From Paramecium tetraurelia (taxonomy: Eukaryota), in contig CT868208.1 in the NCBI GenBank assembly GCA_000165425.1, positions 1 through 64,000 of the forward strand: a stretch of DNA of 64,000 nt. Direction: 5' to 3'. Both the position numbers and the translations under genes were made by a program. The notes beneath the pieces are model-generated. The model saw nothing but the letters and a program-made list of their open reading frames with translations. It searched no databases and was not told the DNA's origin. Positions 55,569-64,000 of the stretch are shown one piece after another (positions within the stretch are counted from its first letter, which is position 1; each line of letters opens with the position of its first letter).

Positions 55569-57015
55569 ATGAACTCTGGGTTGAACAACCAAAATTCTTT
55601 GTTTCAGCAGCTAACTCCTGCTTAACTGGAGGAATATTAGCAACAACTTAGGTATGATTTTAAACCCATTTTCCCCTTATCGTATTACCAGAATAGCTCT
55701 ATTCAATCATTTGGCAATTCATTACTTATTTTAGATAATCGCAACTTTTCAGTGCCCTCCTGAATATAAAACCCTATGTTTTTCCAGGCTTAATCCAATA
55801 ATTTCCAGACAATGCCAATAGAACCCCTTAACCATAAGATCTGTTTAATAGCAATTTTGGTAAGATATCATCAAGTTCGCTCTCAACTATAATATAATGA
55901 CCTTATAGTTTTTAATTTGCCATATTTTATGTAGGTTTTGGAGGAGCCTTAAATGCATTTGAATATACAAAACTTTTACAGAAAAGCCTTTAGATGACTA
56001 ATCTGACATCCTTGAATCCCTTCACGCCTAATCAATTGTTCTGCCAAGCAAGTCCAGGGAATCAAAAGAAATCTAATAATTTTAATAATCCCATTACTGT
56101 TGAGGATGATGAACCACAGTAAGTTTAGAAATGTCACAATTAAAAATGCAATAATAAAGGTGATCGAAAAACGAAATCAAGAAAAGGGGAAGCTCTTTAA
56201 TTTTGTGAGAAATGCCTGAGATTATACACTCGTGGAAATTATTGTGATTTTTGTGAATAGGTATTAAGAATTATTATAGAATTATTTTAGTTATATTCAA
56301 ATGGTACAAATGATTAGGATGAATAAGAATGGATACAATGCGATGCTTGCTAAAAATGGGTACAAATTAGAATTATATCAAAGAATCATTTAAATTGCGA
56401 AGCTAAATTTAGGAATCAAAACATCAAAGAAGAAACTGAAAATTAAGTTTATCATTGTTTGAGTTGTTCGAAAACAATTAAAAAATAATAACAATAATAA
56501 TAACAGCAACAATAATAATTATATCAATAATAGCAATAATAATAACAACAATAACAATAACAATAAACGAATATTCAATAACCAAAGAAAAAAGAGAAAT
56601 CTATAGAAGAATACCAACCAAAATAGAGACAAAATATTGAATGCGATGATAATAGAATGCGAGAGAAAAACATCAACTTTGTTGCCACTAAAGATAACAA
56701 AATTTAGTTTAGTAATTTAATTTATTAATGAAAATTATTAGCATTCAGATTCAATCTTTATGAGGATGAAATTAAACAAGACTTAGATTCTCTTCGAAGT
56801 GCAGGAAAAAAAATGGTAAAGAAACAGAACGTTGTTGATTCACCTATTCTGAAGATAAACCCTACTCCACAATTGCAATAATAACAATAGTAGCAAGAAG
56901 AGAAGGTATTAAGTGTTTTCTATTTTAGAACTCTGAACAACAAGTAAATAGCAGACTTAGAACTAGACCTAATAATAGAAATAAAGTTAATTACAGATAT
57001 TTGGGAGGTGAATGA
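55569..57015 (+). CDS. PHD-finger protein with a poly-Gln tract
   Basis: FCEKCLRLYTRGNYCDFCEQLY...EWIQCDACQKWNHLNCE...YHCLSC; two long 5' introns inferred plus tiny introns. Confidence 0.85.
56485..56570 (+). repeat. Poly-Gln tract encoded by mixed TAA/CAA/TAG/CAG codons
   Basis: taataacaataataataacagcaacaataataa... in frame after the PHD finger; direct support for TAR=Gln. Confidence 0.9.
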
Positions 57016-57207
57016 ATGACATATATCAAATTTTAATTTTAAATATCACTCACATTAAAATCAAAATAAAATAATGATCCCATTAGATGGCAATGCCTTA
57101 AAAATAGGATTAAATATATTCCTGAATATAAATATACATTATTTACAATTGAAGTGGATTTTATTATATTATGAATGAAAATATAATCTGAATATTAAAA
57201 TTATTAT

Positions 57208-58364
57208 ATGTCAGTATAAAAAATATATTATGTGCCTGAGCCTTTAAAGCCATCGCCAAATTACCGAGAAATTGTCAAGTAGTGAAACGAATATATGTAG
57301 AAAATTAATAGATTCTAGACAAGAGGATAAATAGAAAATAGATGAGTATTTAGATCATTTCCAACCAACAATTGATGAAACGAGAGAAAAACAAGATTAG
57401 TTTCTTGGCAAAAGGTAGTTTTTCTAATTTATTATTTCAGATATCGATCTATTTTGTAAGCTCTTGAAAGGGCCAAGAATAACTTAATTAAGTATAATTT
57501 ATCTTTGTTGGAATTGCAAGACAAAATTGAAAAAAGCGTTGAAATCAGAAAAGTGCTTGAAGATGTTAACAACTATAAAACATACAGCGAAGCATTGACA
57601 GAGAATATCAATAAGTTATAAAATCAAATTTCTGAACATACTATAAGATGCAAAAACCTTAAAAGAGTAATTGAGTACAAACATGCCGCACTCAATAAAT
57701 AAAACTCAAAGAATCTTGTTCTATTAAGAGAAATTAATGCAGCCAGACATTAATTAAAAAAGTAAAAGAAAACTTCAGATACCCAAAGGACTCAGCCATA
57801 AACTACCTTTTATCCTTAAAAACCATTAAGTCAGTCTAGTTAAAAGCAAGAATAACTAACTGATCCCCAAATTGATTAAATCAAATACGAGAATAAATAA
57901 ATGAGATACCAATTAACTTCATACAGGAATAATAAATATTTGAAGATGGAATTATTTAATGAATGCATGGAAGCTTATAAAAGGTATGATTTTGAGATAT
58001 GCTAACTAGATATTTTTCTAAATCCTAAAAAGTAGTCAAGAATTCTGGTCTCTAACACTCTCTGCTATTCTTCATTTAAAAGGCATAATTCTCATTATAA
58101 GATAATGCTGCCAATAATAGATATAATCATAAGAATATAAAGAGTGTAATGGCAGGAAGGCAGATTAGAAACCTAGTTCATGATACACTCAAATAGATGG
58201 CAGAGGATAAATAAAATAAAAAAAACCCATCCTTCGATAATTTACAGTTAGAGTGGGAAATATATAAGGACTACAATGCAATGCAAATTGTTGCCTTAAT
58301 GTGTTTGAAACCTAAAATATTTTCTGAGTTGGCCTAGATGTTCTAACAAGAAGTTTTACATTGA
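57208..58364 (+). CDS. Hypothetical coiled-coil protein
   Basis: MSVQKIYYVPEPLKPSPNYREIVKKL...; three tiny introns; TGA at 58362-58364. Confidence 0.7.
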
Positions 58365-58562
58365 ATGATAATTCATTATTGTCTACCAAAAATATTAATA
58401 TTTGAAAGACCAATTAATTGGGTTGTTTGTCTTGTATTATAGATAATTAGATTCTTTGATAAGCGAGGAGATTCTTCGATTGGGATTTAATAAAATTCTC
58501 AAAATAAATTACATAAATGTTATTTAATATATATATTTTACTTATTTTTATTTATTATAAAA

Positions 58563-60065
58563 ATGGCAAAGAAAAAATAATAAATTGAAGTTGTAGAATT
58601 TACAGAGGCTGAGAAGAAGGCACTTGAAAAATTGTAATTGTTTTGAATTAAAATTAACTAGAGATCATTCTCATTTATTGATTGAAATTTAAGTATTATA
58701 GGATAGAATAGAGGAGTTATAGAAAAAGATTTACGAATTAAATGAAAATATAAGGAAGTCTAATGAGTAGAATGTAAAGAGTATATGGATTTATGTTTAG
58801 TTGGCTTTGACCTTAAAAATGGAATCTGATATTATAAAAAAGGAAAGCGAATATAATGCGCTGCTACAGTAGTATGAGGACTTAAAAAAATAAACAACGG
58901 AGGAAATAGAGAGTATGATACAGAGAAAGGATGAAAAAATCAGATGTAAATGTGTTATTGAATTGTGTAGATTTGGAGAAAGAAAAAACAGAGTTAGAAA
59001 TTAGACACAAAGATGAATTATAAAAAATAAATGAAGAGTTGAAAAAGTGGAGTTAATTCAAAGTAAGTTTGACACAAATATTAAGGAAGAAAAAGAAAAT
59101 TTAATAAAGGAAATACATGATTTAAAAGAGGAGATGATCAAAAAGGATTATGCTCATCTGGATGAATAAAGCAAGGCAAATAAAAACTTTCTTAAATAAA
59201 CACAAAATTTGACAAATGTAAATAATGCCAAGATAGAAGATGTTTAAAGAAATGCTAATAAATTGGCTGAGGAAAAGGTAGCTGCAAAATATGATGGAAT
59301 TCTAAAGGAAAATGAAAAAATAAAGAGTGAATTGTTAGAATACTAAAGAACTTTACAAGTATATTAAAAGGATAAAGAAACTTTCTAATAGGAAAATGTC
59401 AACTATAAATTAAATCTAAGTATTAAGGAGGAGTAGGCTCAAGAGTATATTATTATTTCATTTTAGGTATTAAATGATGAATCATCAATAAACAATCAAG
59501 ATTAAGCAATTAAAAGAAAGAATTGAATATTTAAAATCCTACATTGCTAATGTAATCATTTTGAATATATTCTACTAAGGAAGTTACCAAATAAACTAAG
59601 GAAATTGAAATAATGAAACATCAAAGTAATACAAAGGTGTAGGAATTGGAAATGCAATTGAGAAATTTGAGACACCTTCTTGATCAAAGGACTAAAGAAT
59701 TGAAGACAGTAAAGGCTTTAGCCTAAATGATTTTAGATCAAAGATCAGATATTGAATAGTTTTTCCTTTAAGCTATAGATCAAGTCAAAAATGAGATCAA
59801 GAAAAAGAACAAAAATCAAAAGAATAGTCGCTTACCTGATATATCATAGAAATCTCAAAGTCTAGAGTAAAATAAAGTTGATATCAATGATTTGGATTTG
59901 GAGGAGAAGGAGAAGTTGTTGAGGATCCTTTTCTCAAAGATGAACTAAGGAGTACCACCTATAAATTGGAAATCTTAACTTAGTCATGTATTTAACTTTA
60001 ATCCAATATTATAGAGTAAATCTTAAGTAGATGCCAGTTCATTTAGGGATAACCAATATCAATGA
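58563..60065 (+). CDS. BBOF1: Basal body orientation factor 1 (CCDC176)-like coiled-coil protein
   Basis: VKALAQMILDQRSDIEQFFLQAIDQVKNEI...VDINDLDLEEKEKLLRILFSKMN matches the BBOF1 C-terminal motifs. Confidence 0.75.
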
Positions 60066-60188
60066 TTGTTGGGGATATGATTAATAAATTATTATTATTT
60101 AAAATTGTATTTAAAGAGATGATAATGGGGATACATTTTATATATTTATATCGTTTTTAATGAGAGTACGTTTTTGATTAATAATTAT

Positions 60189-61332
60189 ATGAAATTCATT
60201 ATTGTTGTTTTATTCGCTCTTGCAGCAACGACCTATGCTTCAAAAACATAGGACCAAATCCTTGCTTTATTATAAGTAAAAGTATTGCTATCTCTGATAG
60301 ACTGGAACAAAAGCAAGCGATGCTATTGATACAGTTTTTGGCTTACTCAATGATTTAAAGCAATCAAATATTGATGCTCAATTTGCTGCAGATTAAAAGA
60401 ATGAAACAGATGAATGGGTCGGTGCATAGTAAATAATCATAATAATCCACTTAGAACTATCGAACAATTCACAAAGATTAAAAGTCTGAACTAAAAACTT
60501 TTTAATTAAGCCATCGAGAATAGAGCCAATTATGAAGAAGTTCTCAAATAAACAAAGAATTATTTGGCTTGGAATGAAGCTAGAAGAGATGAAATCGCAA
60601 GAAAAATTGATGCTCTCTAAGATAATTAATGCTTTAGCAATTAACTTTTCGTCAAATCCATTAAACACAACTAAGAGGCTCTTGAAGTCATCAGACTCTT
60701 AAAATAAGATGTTGCTGGTTACATCATCAATGGAGACTCATTTGAATTTACCTAAGTCAAGGCCTAATCAGTTGCTGAGAAATTGAAACAATACAGCAAT
60801 CTTTTCTAAGACCATCAAATTAAATCCTTTTTGGCTTTAGCTAACGGACAAGAAGTATATACAATCATCATCATCCTAGGAAGGAGCATCATCTGGTCAT
60901 GGAGCAACCTTAGCTGAAAAAGTATTAGGTGTTCTTGAAGGATTAGAATCTGAATTGTCTGCTTCATTAGAAAATTTGAAATAGAATGAAATCAATGCAT
61001 CATGGGAATTAGCTGGATGGGTTTCATTGTCTGAAGCTGAAATTTCCTCCTTAGAAGTCGAATATGAAAGAAAAACAAGTCTTTGCTGACAGAACTGCTA
61101 CTGTACAATATCATTCAAATCTTAGTAAATCTAAGCTGCTTTGGCCTAATAAGCTAAATCAAAGATCATTTTATAAGAATCTCAAGATGCCTTAGATTAA
61201 GCCCAAGCTGACTTAGAATCCAAAAGAGCTGATTATGCTGAAGCCAAGGCTAAGAGACAAGAAGAGAACGCTATTCTTGATGAAGTCATCATTATGTTCA
61301 AAAAATAAGTTGCCTCATGGTCTGGAAGATGA
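60189..61332 (+). CDS. Trichocyst matrix protein (TMP/GRL family) with an apparent +1 frameshift
   Basis: Signal peptide MKFIIVVLFALAATTYA; ASDAIDTVFGLLNDLKQSN; two-helical-domain precursor layout ending KRQEENAILDEVIIMFKKQV; four tiny introns; extra A at 61071-61075. Confidence 0.88.
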
Positions 61333-61984
61333 AATTGATATATATTATCATATATTACAATCAATTATAAAGAATTTTACCTTACTAAGCATCCATGATT
61401 AATAAAATTAACATATACTAGCAGGGTATGTATATAACTATTAATGAATTGACTAGACTAAAAAAGTATATAATTTCTTTTATTTGCCAAATTATAATCA
61501 ATACTTAACTTATTTTTTTGTATCAATAAGACTTTTAATTTATATTTGAGTTAATTTAGCGTTTTTCTTAATTTCTTGTTAATAATGAACATAAAAATTA
61601 GAAGATTAAGAAGTGATGATTATAATCAATCCATATAGAAAAAGATATTCATATTAAGATTTATAAATTCAAAACACTTGAAAGATTTATTAATTTCATA
61701 TTTATTACAGGATAATTGTTTATGATATCTAGATGATTATGTTGTAGTCTAAAAAATAGAGTAATGTATATCTAACAAAGATTATATAAAAATGAAAAAA
61801 TAATAATGTAATAAATTAAAATGAGTAGTAGCCTCAAATGTAAAAGAGATTATGGAAATTAAATAGGACCATAATTAATTTTTATACAGTAATTCTAGTT
61901 CTCATACAAAATATTGATAAATTAGCTGCTAATTTAAAAATTGGGGATTGCTTAGAACATAAATGTTAAATCAATTTTAATTTT

Positions 61985-62972
61985 TCATTTTTTGTCATTC
62001 CTAATGACATCTTCCTAATCTTCTAATATGTTTTATACACATCTAGGATAATCATTATTATTCTATTGTCTATAAATAGGAGAGTAATCTTTCTAATAGC
62101 TAAATGAAACAAATATACTAGATATGCCAGAATATTTTTTGAAATAGAGTCTTTTTTAATCATAAAAGTTGGAATTATTAATTCAGGCATAGTAGGAACA
62201 TTTTCTCGATTATAAACTCTCAATTTATGTTCTTCTATATCCATCCTTCCATTTCCTGATTAAATTTTATTCTTTGATGTTATATTTAGAGCAGGAGGTT
62301 TCTTTTTTAATTTCTATAGTTTAATATTTGGCATTTATTACTGCAAACATAGCTGGGTTTTATCTTTTTGCAAAATACCGTTCTATCATATTATCATATA
62401 TGCGATCCCGATTTTTCACAGATTCTGAATAATACTATTACCTTGGTTGCTTTTTAATTTGAGGTGATTAATTTGTTTGTATCTCATCGCAGCATTTTTA
62501 TACTGATATTTATTTTTCTTCCTTATCATCATCTGATTAGTATTGTAATTATATATTAGGATTTGTGAAAAAGTCAACGAAGTGCTTTGAGACTGAACTT
62601 TCTTCTATAATTCTTTATTATTCCTAAAATTCTTTTTGTTTTTTTGATAATTCCATTACTCTCCGATATGCCTATATTTTCTTATCAATTTGTCTAATTG
62701 CTTCTGGTATTGGAATAGGTTCTGGGACATACTTGATATAGCTCATATAAATACAGCAGAAACATATTAGATCTATGGTTGTTGTAGCTTGATTAGTTCT
62801 TATGTAATCTTTGGTTTACGGCTGACTTTCTTTAAATTGATAATTACAAAAACCGTTAAGCATTCCTCAATTACGGGTGAGTATTGGAATCTTCAGACTC
62901 TGATAGAAAATTGGTCGGTTTTCTAGTTGATTTTACTTTCTCTTCTTGTTTATAAAAATAATAATCTGACAT
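61985..62972 (-). CDS. Hypothetical protein
   Basis: MSDYYFYKQEEKVK...YVPEPIPIPEAIRQID...PELIIPTF; tiny introns; exon phases not fully checked. Confidence 0.6.
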
Positions 62973-63011
62973 ATTTTTATAGTATAAATATAAATGTTTA
63001 CAAATACTAAG

Positions 63012-63877
63012 TCATAAAATTTTTTTAGGATTGTATAACTTGTTTATGGCCTATTTCCCATTTAATTCTTTATAAAAGTTTTATAATTTAAAGATATTTG
63101 CTAATTGAACGCGTACATCATCCACCAATAACACTATTTCTAAGAATGAAAGTAATAATTCAAGCTAATTATCATTTTATTGGCCTTCGTAAGGTAAGAT
63201 CGGTATGCCATTATTGATTTATGCACTTATTACTGAGATGAAAATACATAAATTTTTTTGGTGAATTTTCAACAATTACAATATCTTTAAGATCAGTTTA
63301 AAAAATTCTCAAATCTTTGACATTGCCTATCATGTGTTCTGATGTGCAAATAGCTTTGAAATATTTTTTATTTGGATCTATAATTTTTAACATCTTTAAA
63401 TATATGGATTAAATTACTTTTATAGCGTGGTCTTGTTTTGCAGCAGTAAAAAGTACCAAAGTACAGATTCTAGATAATCTTTCCAAAAATGCTAAACAAA
63501 AGGGACGAACCAACGTCTGATTATTTTTATGATATATTAGAGTCTCATCTAAATCCAACACAACAACCTTTTCAACTAAAAATAGCATATAAACAAAATT
63601 TACATTTTTGTTTCTTGAGCTTCACAATACGTTTATCTACATATTCTTTGGGTGTTTCCCCATACCAATGTGATTAGATAGACGCTTCATGAAGCTCTCT
63701 TGCTATTTTAGAATCAGGAAGTATTTAATTTCTGAATGTCACTAATTACGGTTTTTCTGAATTTCCTGAAGAATCAGGTGTCGATTCCGCAGTGTTAACT
63801 AATTCTTAATCATCAAAAGTGAAGATTTTTTTTTGTATAAGAATTTAGCATGACTTACTGTGTTGTGCAATTCTCAT
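63012..63877 (-). CDS. CTD small phosphatase-like (NIF/FCP1/SCP HAD family)
   Basis: KVVVLDLDETL, VRPFCLAFLERL, LFTAA, VKDLRIF...DIVIVENSP and NGIPILPYEG...DNQL motifs. Confidence 0.9.
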
Positions 63878-64000
63878 TTGGTCTAACTAAAAAGGGTAAG
63901 ATGATTTATTAAATTTAATAATTGTCAATAATGCATTAAAAATCGACCTTAATAAAAAAATGTATCAACATCTGATCATACTAATATTAGTATTATGATG

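Noticed and set aside
57074..57125. Box C/D snoRNA (ATGAT...CTGA)
   Set aside because: Box C is poor (ATGATCC), the span is short and no rRNA guide was recognised.

Overview
Very AT-rich, gene-dense eukaryotic DNA that reads as a ciliate somatic (macronuclear) chromosome, almost certainly Paramecium; the species cannot be determined from this window. Long reading frames open only if TAA/TAG are read as Gln and TGA is the sole stop (translation table 6). They are split by 20-31 nt GT..AG introns (mostly GTA..TAG), and many intergenic gaps are under 100 bp. The supplied standard-code ORF track is therefore mostly spurious or fragmentary, so I translated the genes by hand; exon boundaries are approximate. 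About 35 protein genes are visible: two convergent giant Cys-rich surface-type proteins, an ankyrin protein, a PHO80/U-type cyclin, eS31 fused to a divergent ubiquitin-like domain, a Hook-like protein, a PX+START-like protein, a protein with four SP-RING-like fingers, an ANTH-like protein, GINS Psf2, a DBF4-type zinc-finger protein, ERO1, eS10, fumarase, a U2AF65-like factor, a Brg1/Snf2 ATPase, the p1 subunit of the MTA1c 6mA methyltransferase complex, a Yip1 protein, a Rab8-like GTPase, a PHD protein, BBOF1, a trichocyst matrix protein, a CTD phosphatase and several hypothetical proteins. No rRNA, tRNA, CRISPR array, telomeric repeat or transposon was recognised. The best leads are the four-SP-RING protein, two unusually long hairpin-containing introns in the PHD gene, the ubiquitin-like-eS31 fusion and the reduced U2AF65-like factor.
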